Source: Eledone cirrhosa
Taxonomy: Eukaryota
Assembly (NCBI GenBank): GCA_964016885.1
Contig: OZ024745.1
Span: forward strand, 76,818,001-76,882,000
Length of the DNA: 64,000 nucleotides
Reading direction: 5' to 3'
The translations under genes were made by a program, and so were the position numbers. The notes beneath the pieces were generated by a model, which saw only the letters and a list, made by a program, of their open reading frames with translations, was not told where the DNA came from and did not search any database. Shown here one piece after another: positions 19,980 through 33,640 of the stretch (the first letter of the stretch is position 1; each line of letters begins with the position of its first letter).

Positions 19980-22900
19980 AATGTATGAATAAATTCTGAA
20001 GTACTTTAGTATATGTTATTCTAACATGGTGAGGCAGCTGTAAGATCACAGCTTGAAATACCCACAGTGATGCTTTCATGTTTCTATTCTAAATCCTGTA
20101 GTGCTACTGCTAATTAAACTGAATCAATGTTTGAAGTGGGGCTGTAGCTGGAAGAATTTGTATAAACTGAAATGTTGACAATAAGAAGTCTTTGTAGTGT
20201 CTGGAGAGAAAGCGACATGGAGATTGAAGAAGAATGATAATTGAAAATAATCAAGTGCTGTTTGTGTTAAAGAGATTCTTGGCAAACTGGAGTGAGAATG
20301 ATTGATGAGATTTGATCTGACAAATATTGGTGATTAATTAATTCCATACATGTTTCTCAGAGAAGCTCAATTAATAGAAGTGATGTTATATGTAATTACT
20401 ATTTAGTGTGTTTGAAAGCAGAACATTTAAGATGAAGAATGAATAGGGAACTTTTACTTGTTTTGTGATTTCTTGTAGCTGGAATGAGATATCTACTTTG
20501 TGTTGGGAGCTTATGTGTAATAAGTTTAACATCCATGGCCATATGACGTACAAGCCAACACAATGCACCTATCAGAATCATTGTTCATATCTTAGACAAA
20601 AAAAAGAAATCTGGCTTGACTTTGTAATAGTTCCCTGTTGCCTTCTATGTACTTTTTAGAGGACTTCTACTCAGTAAAGTTACTTCACAATAAAAAAAAT
20701 TGTTTGATTATACAGTAATTCTGTGTAAATATATATTTGTACATATGTAAGATTACTATTTATAAGTTGATAACCTAGTTAGTACATATCTTGAGAATGG
20801 TAAAATAAAACGTCAGTAGCAGGAACTGTCACTCTTTCGGTTAGCTGGTTAGCTGGATGACACTTTTAAGAAATCACTTCTGAAGTTGAAAAACAAACTA
20901 CTTACACTTTATTAACAGCTTTTAAGAAATTATCTTTGAATTTGGAAAACAAAATACTTACTTCTCACTTTGGAAATTTCATATTGTTGGAGAAAATGTT
21001 TTTACACTTTTCCTTCTATGAAACATTAAATTCTGAAAAAAAAAATGTTTGCTTTTCTCAAATTGCATATGAAAAGCTTAGATATTTATTCTTTCTATCA
21101 TCATTACACGAACACATAATATAACAATGATGAAACACAAAGGTAGATGAAAAAGATACCATTTCTTTTCGCACAAAAAAAAGAACACAAAAAAAACCAA
21201 CCTTCTTTCCATGTTTTGAATACATGTTTGATGTAACATTTTCTTTAAAGTGATTAAAGGGAATTTATATTCTTTAACACTTCTCCTGTACTGCTTTGAA
21301 TGTGCCTCACTATAAAGGAATATCAAGATAACATACACAAAAACATTCTTAATGCAATGAAATTTGCCTCTTAGTTGAAAAAAGAATATGAAAACCTAGC
21401 AGCGGATATTAGTGACTCTCAGAGAAAAATGGAGATAATTTGAAGAAATTATGAATTTTAAACTTCTGTACTCAATATCTCTAACACAAATGTAAGTGGT
21501 AAAGAGAATTTTAGAAGATTGCAGTTCTGAAAGGGGAATTATTGGATGAAGGGTTTATTACAGGATCTGGGAGATTAGACACAATATGAGTGATGGCAGA
21601 GTAAGAATTGAATGTTTCAGGTATACAGGCATGACAATGGGTATGCAGTTTACCAGGTCAGTAGAGTGAAGACCATTGTAGTAGTGAGTGTATCTGTGCA
21701 AATCTTGATAACAGGCTTTGACCAGATGCAAAATATAAGTCCCTCACCACAGTTGCTAACATGATTATCCCAGACCAGTTATGGTATTTTAGTAATCAAT
21801 CCTAAATTTCAGGTGTATACATGTGGAGTACATTATTTACTTATATATAGCAAAATTGATTTAATGAACTGGAACTTGATGTAAGTAGGCTCCTTTCAAA
21901 TTATTGGCCTAAGCCAACATTCATTTGCTCCAGTAAGAACAGCTGGTCTTTGAGCCTGTGTTTACAGAATAATGGAAATCAGTAAAATACCTCTCTGTTG
22001 GGATCTGCTTTAGTATGTGTGTGTCTGTGTGCATCTGTGCATATGGATCTTACATGAGCTTTGTATAGTGTCAGCAAGTGATGAGGGCTGATGTATTTTA
22101 TTTTTTGGTCCTGAAAGGAAAACCAAGTCTTTTTGATGCATATTTATATAGGTCTGTTAGGGACTAAGAAGAGTACTGAATTTAGGTATAAGCTAAACAA
22201 GCCACTGTTTAGGGCATTGCAATAATGGTCTCAAAATAATTTAAAGGCATATATGTTGTGATGTTTGTGAAACCTTATGGGGTAATTTTTTAACAAAGAT
22301 CCAAGCAACTGTAGTGACTTTGAGAGTTTTTATCATATGTTGTTCATGATTAAAGAAAGAATAAAACAAGTATGTTTCCTTGTTTTGAGCAGCAGTTAGT
22401 CTTGATGCTGTTAAGTGTTAAAAGTTAGTTGTCATGTTTCCATTGAAGGTGCCTTTTCAAGTGGACAATGAAAGTCAGGCATGATGAATCTTAAGTTGCT
22501 TAGTGATACCTTTGTATGAAACGTTTCTCTCTCTTTTCTTTCTTTCTTTGTTTACTTCTCTTTCTCCCTCTCCTTTTCATTCTCTCTTCTCTTTCTTTCA
22601 ATTTAAGTATAGTTAATATATATTTTAAAACATGAAAATTAATTTTCCTTGCTCTATAAATCTAATTTGTATTTATTATAATCCCGCGGAGGTTGACTTT
22701 GCCTTTCATCCTTATGGGGTCGATAAAATAAAGTACCAGTAATGTACTGGGTAATTGCTGGCCTTGTACCTAAAGTAGAAACAATTATAACAATTCTATC
22801 AGATTATTTCTTTAATTGCTGGTAGAAATAATATTTCCTTTTAATAAATCAATTTTGAATATCTCAACAATTTTTCTTTCGCTTAATTGTCTATTAGTTT

Positions 22901-23072
22901 GATTAATGCATGCTATTTCCTTTATAAAATTATGTTACCTATTAATTAAATAAATTTATTTCTAAGACTTCCAAATTGTGTGTATTTTAGGGATTCTGAA
23001 AATACAAATTTTTTTCATTATCTAAATTTATATTTTTAGCTTTTATCTATTTCCCTTTTCTTTTCCTTCCAG

Positions 23073-23114
23073 GATGCAGAATGATATAAAATTACCTTTA
23101 GATAAACGAAGGAA
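23073..23114 (+). CDS. SLC25A10: DIC coding exon C (42 nt)
   Basis: Long polypyrimidine tract, ccag|G ATG CAG...AGG AA|gtgagt; (R)MQNDIKLPLDKRR(N), the DIC/OGC-type MQND.KLP..RRNY motif. Confidence 0.93.
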
Positions 23115-23373
23115 GTGAGTATGAATTTTAATAAAGTTTATCTGATTAGATTTTGAATTTTACTTTTCTTTAATTCATTTATTGTTCAGATATCTCTACC
23201 AAAAAACAATGGTTTCTAAGTCAAGGCCAGGAATTTTCTTTCTTTTTTTTCTTTGGCAGGTTTGAGGAGGGGATCAATTAAACTAACCCTATTATTTACC
23301 TGATACTTTATTTTATCAACCCCAGAAGGGTGATAAGAAAAGTTGACCTATAATAACTTTAATAATCATCATT

Positions 23374-23590
23374 AATAATGGTTTCTGATTTAGGCACAAG
23401 GCCAACAATTTTGGGGAAGGGGAAAGTTGATTAAATTGACCCCAGTGCATGACTGGTACTTTATTTTATCAATCCCATATGGACGATAGGCAAAGCTAAC
23501 TCGACGGGATTTGAACTCAGAACATAAAGGACTCGATGCTGTAAAGCATGTTATCTGATGCCCTACCAATACTGCCATTCCATGCCCTTA
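23374..23590 (-). mobile_element. Family B SINE (diverged)
   Basis: Reverse complement of family B consensus with a longer tail variant. Confidence 0.75.
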
Positions 23591-23769
23591 TAATCATTAA
23601 TAATAATAATAAGTTTTTAAAAATGACTAAGTGTTCCTACAAATTGTGCAGAGATAAAGGGACTAGTTGTAATTTAGATTATTGTGGTCTTCTGTGAATG
23701 TTAGTAATTCTCATTTGTTCAACAATATAGAATCTGACCCTAATATTAGCTTTGTGGAATGTTTTTTTT

Positions 23770-24400
23770 TTCTTTCTTAGAATCAAAAATTACCTGCCAG
23801 CATGCACCAATGTAGCTCTCACCGACCCATATTTTATTACTGTTGGTGTACCCCAAGGTTTAGTAATCTCTTCCACACTTTTCCTTCTGTACATTAACAG
23901 CCTATTGGCTATCACAACATATGCTTCTATTTAAACAATATTGCACTTCATGTCTTTTTAATCCTCTTTGCACTGGCATCCTTCACATGCAACCTAAACA
24001 CTGATATCTACTGAATATTCACAGACATTGAAAGCACATTTCAGTAGGAACATAACACAATTACTATTTTATCAAAGAATCAGTCTTTTACTTCACACTG
24101 ACTAATCATGAATAACATAAAATTAAAATCATCAAAATCTCTGATCATTCATGGTGTTCTCCATATATATTAATATTGTGAAAACTGAATCAAAAACTGA
24201 AATACATTAACCATGACACTAAACACTTTACCGAACGAATCCTTATTTCCAGAACTGTAGTCCTCTATAATCATCCCCCTACCATGTTTTTCCTATAGAC
24301 AGCTGCTGAAGCTAAACATGGATGGCATCAACCTCACTAATCTTAGAGGGCCTGCAAATATCATGGATACTAATCCTCTTTTGATTATCTGATGTAAATA
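23770..24400 (+). mobile_element. Highly degraded CR1/L2/Jockey-type LINE RT fragment
   Basis: GVPQGLVISSTLFLLYIN in ORF 23752..23934; boundaries approximate. Confidence 0.5.
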
Positions 24401-24589
24401 TTAAAAAAACAAAAACATATATTATAGATCTTATTTTTATGTTGTTTTTATTATCAGTTTCTGGTTAGGACAGTGGAATGGCAGAGGCATTAGAGAGCTG
24501 AACAAATGCTTATCAGTATTTTGTCTGAATCTTTGTCTTTCTGAGTTTCAATCCTGCTGAGCTCAACTTGCCTTTCATCCTTCCAAGGT

Positions 24590-25930
24590 CTTTTTCTTCT
24601 TCTTCGCCCACTTATTCCTGAAAGAGTCATGAGGACAGAGTCCTCAAACACTCCTTTCAGCAGGTCCTATCAGAAGCAACTGTCTCCAATTGATCTGGCT
24701 GGATCCCCAAGCGAGACTAGCAAAACTCCTATATGTTATGCAACCATCTTGCTCAGGGTTTATCCCTGGGTCTCCAACGATTCTTTTCAGAGACATTCTA
24801 ACCACATGCCCATAGTATCTACCTGGTGGGACTCTCTGATTTCCGAGCTACAAACTCTATCGAGTAACATTACTCCAAGACCCTTAGGAGGAACCCCATT
24901 GTGGCTGCTTGTATTCGCTACCATATTCTTTTGGTCATTACCCAAGATTCATGACCATAGATAAGGGTTGGCACGAATACTGAATTGAAGATAGTGAGTT
25001 TGGCTTTTATGCCTACCTCCTTTCTTCTGAATGCTGAAGCAACATTGCACAAATTCCTGCAATTCTTGCACTTAATTCAGCCTTCTACCTTCCATCACTC
25101 ATGAACATGGCCCCAAGATACTTGAACTTCACTACCTGCTTCAGTGGAACTCCATTCACATTTAGAGTACACTGCACAGGCTTCCTTGAGAGGCAAGTGT
25201 CTCAGTTTTTGCAGCACTGATTTTCACTCCAGCCATGCAGCACTCAGCATCAAACCTACCGAGTGCAAGCCGAAGATCACCTTCTCTCGAATTAAGTAAT
25301 ACCATGCCGTCTGCAAATTCCAACCAACAGATTTTACACCCACCAGTTGTGATACCACTTCCAACCCGGCTCCGCATGTCAATCTTATTTATGTAAATAA
25401 TTGTTTCTACTTTAGGCACAAGGCCAGCAATTACCCAGTGCATTACTGGTACTTTATTTTTGTAAATAATGAACAGGAGAGGTGACAGTACACACCCGTT
25501 GCGCAGTCCTATTCCCACACTGAATGGTTTCAATTTAGCACCATTTATCTGAACAGAAATACTCGAGCATTCATGTAGAGACATCAGGGCAACAAGAAGC
25601 TGACCATCGATCCCATACTCCTGCACAACCTTCCACAGCAGGTCCCGACGAATGCAGTCATATGCCTTTTCAAGGTCAACAAAACAAGAATATACCTCTT
25701 GGCAATACTACCACAATTTCTCAAAGACCTGCTGCAGTGTAAATATTTGGTCGGCTGTGCTGCATCTGGAGCAAAAACCACACTGTTCATCAGCTAGCTT
25801 GGAATCGACAATCTCCCTGCATTTCTTTGTCAGACACTTAACATAGACTTTACTGGGGAGGCTTAACAAGGAGATCCCTCTGTAATTGGAACAATCTTCT
25901 CTTGTCTCCCTTTTTGAAAATTGAGATTAT
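24590..25930 (-). mobile_element. Rex3/Expander-like RTE LINE, RT and 3' end
   Basis: ORF 25162..25626(-): GLRNGCVLSPLLF...LEFADGMVLL; FVDLEKAYD-like motif near 25660-25685; same 3' end as 16645; nested SINE piece at 25396-25462. Confidence 0.8.
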
Positions 25931-26313
25931 CACTCCCGATTGCCATTGTTTTGTTGCCCTTCCAAGGTCGATAAAATAAAGTACCAGTCAACCACTGTGG
26001 TTGACATAATTGACTTCCCTTTCCCCCCCAAATTGTTGGCCTTGTGCCAATGTTAGAAAGAATATACATTTTTCAGCATGCACTACTTTTGCATTTCATC
26101 AATGTACCACACCTAAAAAAGGAAAACAACAGGAGTTTAGAGATAGAGTAACAATACCTTCCAAATTCATCCAACTATTGAGCATTTTATATCAGACACG
26201 AATACCACTCACATCCTGAGCATCATTAACAACTACAGGAGTAGTGGTGTATTATTCACTGGTCATCCCCATTGTTTTTCTGTGTTGTTGAAATTGTTTA
26301 TATGGCACAAAAG

Positions 26314-26483
26314 CAGTGCTGGATTTACCATTATGCTTAGTTATGCTTTAGCACTGGGGCCCCGTTGGCCGGGGAGCATCTTCCAGCAAAAAAATTTTTT
26401 ACTGGGCCTACCTTCTTCAGGGCCCAAGTAAGGGGCCTCATAACTTAACTAGCACAGGGCCTCAGTTGTCCAAAATCCTGCAC
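26314..26483. mobile_element. hAT-type MITE
   Basis: Starts cagtgctggatttacc; reverse-complement homolog of 40159-40325; cacaaaag repeated at both flanks. Confidence 0.65.
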
Positions 26484-26711
26484 AAAAGCAACATATGACT
26501 AATACTTTTTTATAGGTATATATTACCTTTATATCACATAATCATCTTATGTGCTACATTGAGAAAGGAAGTGGTAACAGCCAGTAAAAGCACTATGCCT
26601 TATTACAAAAGAAACTATAATTATCGTAACTCAAATCTCTAAACCTTTACTTTAAATATTTTAAATGTGATGCCAATTTTTTATTTTTATATTAATTACT
26701 AATAATTTCAG

Positions 26712-26826
26712 CTATAAACATGCTTTTGATGGTCTATATCGAGTGTACCGTGAGGAAGGAGCTGGACGAATGTTCAATGGTGCTACTATGGCCAGTAGCA
26801 GAGCAGTTCTTGTGACAATTGGTCAA
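26712..26826 (+). CDS. SLC25A10: DIC coding exon D
   Basis: tttcag|C TAT...GGT CAA|gtacga; 115 nt; (N)YKHAFDGLYRVYREEGAGRMFNGATMASSRAVLVTIGQ. Confidence 0.94.
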
Positions 26827-27699
26827 GTACGATTTGTGTTATTTAAAAAAAATTTGACCATTATCATCATCATCATCATTTTACATCTAGGTTGGAAAAG
26901 TCATGATTCAAGCTGTTTCTTATTCAGAGATACCAGCCTTCTAGAGGGATTGAAGGATCACATTCCTTCATACATTCTGTTTTGGGTATGTTTCCTACAG
27001 CTAGATGCCCATCCTAAGCCTAACCACTTTACAGAGTGCATTGGATGCACTAGAAGTATAAAGGTTATATTCTCTGTAGGACTGAAAAGTTCTCTCTACA
27101 TTGTCTTCAATTGTTCAACCAACCACTTTACAAAATGTACAGGATGCTTTAATTTTGGCACCAATTGAGTTTACCTTGAATTTTGCAAGACTAAAGAGTA
27201 CTGACTGCTCTACATTGTCTGTTCATTCAAAGTAACATAACCAAGTGGGTGGATAGAAGAAAGAGCAATGACAAAGAACCAATGTGAGTGAATGAAGAGT
27301 ATGAGGGAATGGACAGTGATTATGAGGATAGCAGAGGTAAATAATGGGCAAGAAACGGTGCTGGAAGGGGGGGGGGGGGTGGAAGAGAGAGACAGCAGTG
27401 ACAAGTAATAGGTAATAAGAATATGATGGGAGAAATAATGTAGAGGGTAAATAATGAGTGATAGTGTTGGAGAGAGTGATAGAAATAATTTGTTGAATAA
27501 CATTGCTATATCTATATACCTATTATTTATCATTTCATGTAATTACATCATTGAAGATTCAATTTAGCTATTCAAAAACGACTCAAAAACTTTTATATTC
27601 ATATTTTATATTCTAGAATTTTTTTTCAATACGCTGTCATGTATGTGTATATCTGTGTGCGTGTGTGTATATAGATTGTACACATGTGTAGTGAATGTT

Positions 27700-28100
27700 A
27701 GATGTTGTTTTCTGTAGTTTGTCATCACCCCTTCTTTCCTCAATCTTCTTTAGTGTATGACATAACCCCTTCCTTCCTCAATCACCTCTAGTGTGTGACG
27801 TCATCACCCCTTCGTCAGTCATTTCTAGTGCATGACGCCACACTCTTTCCTTCCTCAGTCATCTCTAGTGCATGACGTCATCACCCCTTTTTTCCTCAGT
27901 CATCTCTAGTGCATGACGTCATCACCCCTTTTTTCCTCAGTCATCTCTAGTGCATGACATCATCACCCCTTTTTTCCTCAGTCATCTCTAGTGCATGAAA
28001 TCACACTCCTTCCTTCCTCAGTCATCTCTATTGTGTGGTGTCATCACCCCTTCTTTCTTCAATCATCCCTAGTCTGTGATGGATGGACGGATGGATGGAA
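27700..28100. repeat. ~39-bp tandem repeat (about 9 units) followed by (GGAT)n and TA tail; possibly a non-autonomous Helitron/Helentron-like element
   Basis: Unit catcaccccttttttcctcagtcatctctagtgcatgacgt, central units nearly identical; ggatggacggatggatgg at 28081. Confidence 0.75.
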
Positions 28101-28263
28101 GTCGCTCAAATATATATATTTCATGGTGTCAAAATGTTCGTTGCACTCTTTGCAACCTAGTCACTGATACTATTCCACTGCAACTCAGTAGTTTGTGTCT
28201 GTATCCAGGATACAAAAAGTGCAGTGAAAATTTTGTTAATATGAAATAAATAAAAAGTGAATA

Positions 28264-28439
28264 CAGTGAAATTCAGTTATAATGAAATTTACAGGCTATA
28301 AAAAAAAATTTGTTGTAACAAAAAATTCTTTATAACCAGATCAACCTAACACATCGAGTGTATGGCTGGGGAATGAAAAAAATTTTGTTATACTGAAAAA
28401 TTTGTTATAATGGTATTCGTTATAATGGAATTATACCTG
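28264..28439. mobile_element. Tigger/pogo-like MITE
   Basis: ta|cagtgaaattcagttataatgaa ... ttcgttataatggaattatacctg|ta; TA TSD; internal gttataa repeats. Confidence 0.62.
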
Positions 28440-29160
28440 TATAACAGTCTTTGGATTTTTTGCATGGTTAAAATGACTCTTCCATGATGTAATTGCTTCA
28501 GGTTCAACATATGGTCTGACATCAAGTCACTTACTAAACAAACATAACTTCAAAACATTAAATAATTATTTAAAAAATCATTAAAATAGAATTTCTATAT
28601 ATTCGTTTTTCTAAGTTGTCACAGCAAAATAATGTTTGTATGAATTCATTTTATGTCAATTTTGCAGTCATCCACCATTGCATCTCATAACGCATGTTCT
28701 ATTAATAAACATTCATTTATTAAGCAGCGAGTTTAGTCATGATTCATGTGAGTTATCTTGCTTGCTTTTATTTAACAATTTTACAAAACAGTCCTTGAAA
28801 GTTTCTTTGGTATTTATCTATTACCATTGTTTATCTGATGAGGTAGAGCACTTGTCAGGTTAAGATATAATAATACTGAATGTAACTATTATTTTGTATG
28901 TCTAGTGGGTAGCAACATGCTCCACTTCTACTTTATAGAATAGTTAGCAACTGAGACATGTCATTCAGATGTAAAATCCAACTGTACCTAAAATGAAATG
29001 AATTGTTTGACCTATTTAAATTTTTTTATATTTTTACACTACCTGGCATCTCACCTGACTGTATCTAGATACTAGCCTACAAGTGTTTCCAATTTGCATT
29101 AGTTATCAAAAATATGTTGACTTTGTGATCAGATATAAGATTTGTAGCCGTGGTTTATAG

Positions 29161-29444
29161 CAGGCATGGGCAACCTTTTTTGAAAAGTGGACCACATAAG
29201 ATTTGACTCATCATCAGGCGGGCTGCAAGTGCTAATTTACATTCGTGCCCACATTTAAAAAAAAGGGCGGTAACTCAGGTTGTTTTGATTTGTTTGGTAC
29301 ATGTTCTTTTCCTCGATCGTAAAAATGATAGAAAGATAAATTACGGCTGAAAAGTTGTAGTAAAAAAAAATCAGAAAGATTTCACTTAAGTGACTTAGGC
29401 GAGCCATTCAGAAAGCTTCATGGGCCACAGGTTGCCCATGACTA
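29161..29444. mobile_element. hAT (Charlie-like) MITE
   Basis: TIR caggcatgggcaacct / aggttgcccatgacta. Confidence 0.68.
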
Positions 29445-30934
29445 GTTTTGGAACTCCACTGTCACATTTTTGTCATATTGCCACTTCAGAGCCTGAAAGC
29501 ACTCATGTTTTGCCTTGCAAAATTTCACTTGGAGACCCTATTCTGGCTGTATTGTTTGCAATTGATACTGTGGGTTTTTGACCCACTGTACAACAGCTTG
29601 GACAAATGTCTTCTACCAGCGTATGTTGTTAGTAAAATTGAGTTGACAGAAATCTTGTAAGATTTTGTCATATTGATTGTACCTATTTTTATGGTGGTTA
29701 GACTTAATATATCATGTAGCCGTGTTGAAAGTATTCATACCAACTCTTCCATTTAAAGATATTTTGATATGTTGAAGCATTGCTTTCTACTGCAGCAAGT
29801 TATGAGTTCTGGTTTCTTCCTCTGTTTTCATAACAAGTCTGAGACGTTATGCAAAAAGGTGTCCTACCCTTACTCCTTTGACTAAGTTCTAAAATAAATA
29901 ATTATCATGGTTTGGTTTTCATTTGATTTTAGATGCCATATTTCTCATGGTTCTATACTTTGGTTGGGATTAAACTTACAGTAAACATTTATTTCATGCA
30001 ATGTTCTAACACTTATTTATAATGCTATTCACAAAAAATGTTGAAGTAATTTATAAACTCACTATTATTCCTGTTTCATATATTGGCACTAGATTTATTT
30101 TTCAAGTTTTCAGTAGTGATAGATGTACTTTCTGCTTTATTTTACATTGTTTCTACTGTAGTTCTTTGTCTATAATGGAAATTTTATCCCATTTTGGCAT
30201 ATAATTTCCATCTATATGTATTTTAGCCTACTTCAGCACTGACTATATCATCTTTTCAGATATAATTTATCTCAAACTGCATTATCCATTATGACCTTCC
30301 TTAATTTTTAAGACGATGACCAGAGATAATTTTGCCTGTTATTTTTAACAAGTTGAGTGACCATGTAGAGTCTCCCCAGATCATATTTTACCATTCCTGA
30401 CTTTGTTGTTTCAACTTTAATTACAACTTTACGATATTCTTTGCTTTGAATCTGTAGGTATTGTCCTATACCTCATTATAAACCCTCCCATAAATGTTAT
30501 ATATGCAATTTTTCAATAATTATACTCCCCTGAGTGAGTTTAACTCTAAGATAATTGCAAAATGTCAGGTTCATCATCATCATCACCATTTAACATCTTT
30601 CCCTACTCGTAAGGGTTCTGATTTATCATAGATGCCTTTATTTTCTTAAAATACATGTTGAGTTTAATTTCAGCTCAAGCGCATGAGTATAATCTTAGCA
30701 CATATGAGACCCAGTGATGAACAGAATAAACCATTTGAAATATGAAAAAACAAATAAGGGCTTAATGGTTAAAAAATGTTTTTCATCAGTATTAAGTTTA
30801 ACTCATCTGAAAACAGATTAAAACATATTTAGTTTTAATGTTATTTATTGTTTAAAATATGTTAAACATTATCTACAATTCTTTTCTCAAGTTTCTGTTA
30901 TGTGAAGTTTCTTATATATTTCTTTGAATTTCAG

Positions 30935-31027
30935 CTTGCTTGTTATGATCAGATCAAAGCATCTCTACTGTCCACAGGATTCTTTAAAGACAATCTTGTC
31001 ACACATTTTTCTTCCAGTATTATGGCA
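30935..31027 (+). CDS. SLC25A10: DIC coding exon E
   Basis: tttcag|CTT...GCA|gtaagt; 93 nt; LACYDQIKASLLSTGFFKDNLVTHFSSSIMA. Confidence 0.94.
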
Positions 31028-31694
31028 GTAAGTACACATATAAATTGGTCGGATTTTATTTCCATTATGTACTGACTATGTTTCCATATTTTCATTAGTG
31101 GAAAATTAAAGAATAAAGCCAGAAGAATACCTCAATTTCAACAGAAGTTTGGTAGAATTTCTTACAAAAAAGAAAAAAAAACAATCTGTTTCAAAATGAA
31201 ACATTTAAGACACTTTATTTATTCCAAACAAAGAACTAATTTTAATGTGGAAATCTAAGGGTTGAAATAGTAACTTAAACAATATCTAAACAAAATATCC
31301 TTATATTTCACTAAGATAATTGAAGTGATATAGTAGTGAATACAACTTCAGCTTGTTTTCTTGATGTTGAGTTAACCAAGAGTAAACCATGCTGTAAGAT
31401 ACATTTATAGAACTGTAATATGTTTTCATTCAAATCACCCATTTACTGCTTTAAAAACTTTTTGTCTATTTTTTTCAATGTAATTTTTGCACTAATCTTT
31501 CTGTTGGTTTATGAAAGGGACTTAAAAATCTTCATAAATACAGTTGGCAAGCCAGTCTTGATTCTTGATTTGAATAGTATCACTTACTAGGAAAACATAG
31601 TATGAAATTTATATTTGTAACATTTATCCTGTTGTCATCTGCAAGAAATTTTAATAACAAGGAATATTTCATTTTACTTTTATTTCCATTAAAG

Positions 31695-31775
31695 GGAACA
31701 ATTGCAACTCTTCTCACTATGCCACTAGATGTCATGAAAACAAGAATTATGAATGCTCCACCTGGTACATACAAG
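31695..31775 (+). CDS. SLC25A10: DIC coding exon F
   Basis: ttaaag|GGA...AAG|gtaaaa; 81 nt; GTIATLLTMPLDVMKTRIMNAPPGTYK with third carrier signature PLDVMKTR. Confidence 0.93.
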
Positions 31776-32321
31776 GTAAAACTATATTCATAGTAAAACA
31801 TTCAATTGATGAAAGTAACATGAAACTATAATTGTTATTATACAAAACTACATAAGTATATTTTTTATATAATTATGTGTGCTTTTTTGCTTGGTTTAGA
31901 AATTGGTTTTGATGTCAAAAAACTCTGCCCATTTGATTATAACCACCAAGGTTTTTGGTGTATTATCAAATATAATGTATAGCAAAATTAGTTTTAAACG
32001 AATTGTTATAGACAGTAATAGGTACCTTTAGTTTTAATGTAATTTTAACTAGAAACAAAATTTTCAACCTAGCTTTAAAAAATGAATTGAGTCTATGGAT
32101 TTTTTAACATTTGATATTGCATGGATGACTTGTTCAGCTTTGGATCATGTTTTGAGTTGTAAAACTTGTCCAACCATCAGATATTTCTAATTATCATATG
32201 CAATCATCCATTCATCATTACATAGTAAAACCAAGTTTAACAAGTGTATCAGCAATGAAGTTGCACACAATTGATAGTAAAATAGGTTAGATTATAGAAA
32301 GTCAATAGATTATAAGGAAAG

Positions 32322-32880
32322 TCTTCTTTTTCTCTTCTTTTTCACCCACTTATTCCTGTCAGGGTCATGGGGGCAGAGTCCTCAAACACTCCTTCCAGCA
32401 GGTCTTGTTAGAAGTAACCATCTCCAACTGATCTGGTTGGATCACCAAGCAAGACCAACTGAGCTCATAGATATTATCCAATCATCTTGCTCGGGATCTA
32501 CCCCTGGGACTCCTATCAGTTGGTTTTGCCCATAAAATCTATCCAGCGATTTGTTCTTGAGACATTCTAACCACATGCCCATAATATTAGAGCTGTGATT
32601 TCTCAATTTGGAAAAGTAGCTACTCTACCTGGAGTGACACTTTGATCTCCGAGTTATGCACTTTATCGAGTAACATTACTTCAAAGATCCTTCGGAGGAA
32701 CCCCATTTTGGCCACTAGTATTTGCGATCATATTCTTTTGGTCATTACCCAAGATTCATGACCATAGGTAAGAGTTGGCATGAATATCAAATTGAAGATA
32801 GCAAGTTTGGCTTTTACACCTACCTCCCTTCTTCTGAATGCTGAAACTGGCTCATTACTACACCAGTTCCTGCAATTTGT
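32322..32880 (-). mobile_element. Rex3/Expander-like LINE 3' fragment
   Basis: Homologous to 24590-25065 with (TTC)n at the left end. Confidence 0.75.
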
Positions 32881-33172
32881 TCAAATATAACAACCCATGG
32901 TGGCATGGAAAATGGATGTTAAACAGTGATGATGATGATGGCAAATATTTGAATAGTTTCTCTCCCCCTCTCTTACATATATATTTATTTAAAGTCAATT
33001 TATATATTCTTTGAATTAATTCTGTGCATCAGAAACCTAATTAATGATTTTTAAAAATTGAAATGTAAGCAACTCTCTAATTTAAAAAAAGTTCAATAGG
33101 TATTTCAACAAGCATGTTTGTAATGATATTAATAAATGCTCTTAAACAAGTTTGTCATTCATAAATTCTTCT

Positions 33173-33307
33173 TTAACCTGCTCATAATTATGTTAAGGTA
33201 TTGTTCAAAATAAATAATATCAAAATCTTGTAGATTCCATATTATGTGAGATAATTATGTGAAAATAGAATAGTAGATATAGAGTAATGTAAATGCTAAA
33301 GGGTTAA
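33173..33307. mobile_element. TTAA-type MITE (internally deleted copy)
   Basis: Ends taaatgctaaaggg|ttaa; body homologous to 15490-15620. Confidence 0.7.
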
Positions 33308-33334
33308 AGCTTTCTTTTTCTTTTCTTTTTCCAG

Positions 33335-33391
33335 AACATTCTAGCCTGTGCTATAGAGATTAGCAAAAATGGACCATCAGGATTTTTTAAA
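33335..33391 (+). CDS. SLC25A10: DIC coding exon G
   Basis: Polypyrimidine tract, ccag|AAC...AAA|gtgagt; 57 nt; NILACAIEISKNGPSGFFK. Confidence 0.92.
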
Positions 33392-33640
33392 GTGAGTATA
33401 TAATGTTAATGTCATAGAAATTAGATATAAATATCACTTGAAGCAGAAAATCCAATGCAGAAAATACACTGTTTTATACTTCATCATAAAAATCATATAT
33501 GTAATAGTGATGGTAAAGTCTCTAGTATTTTTTCTACACTTCTGTAACTGATTAAGAAAGTCATATAATTCTGAGAGAATTTGAGCTCAGCACTGCAATC
33601 AAACAAGAGATTCATGTCAAATAGACATTACCTCTGATAC

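Noticed and set aside
26743-27168. 141-aa ORF as a standalone gene
   Set aside because: Its start is DIC exon D; the rest is read-through into intron and a SINE remnant.
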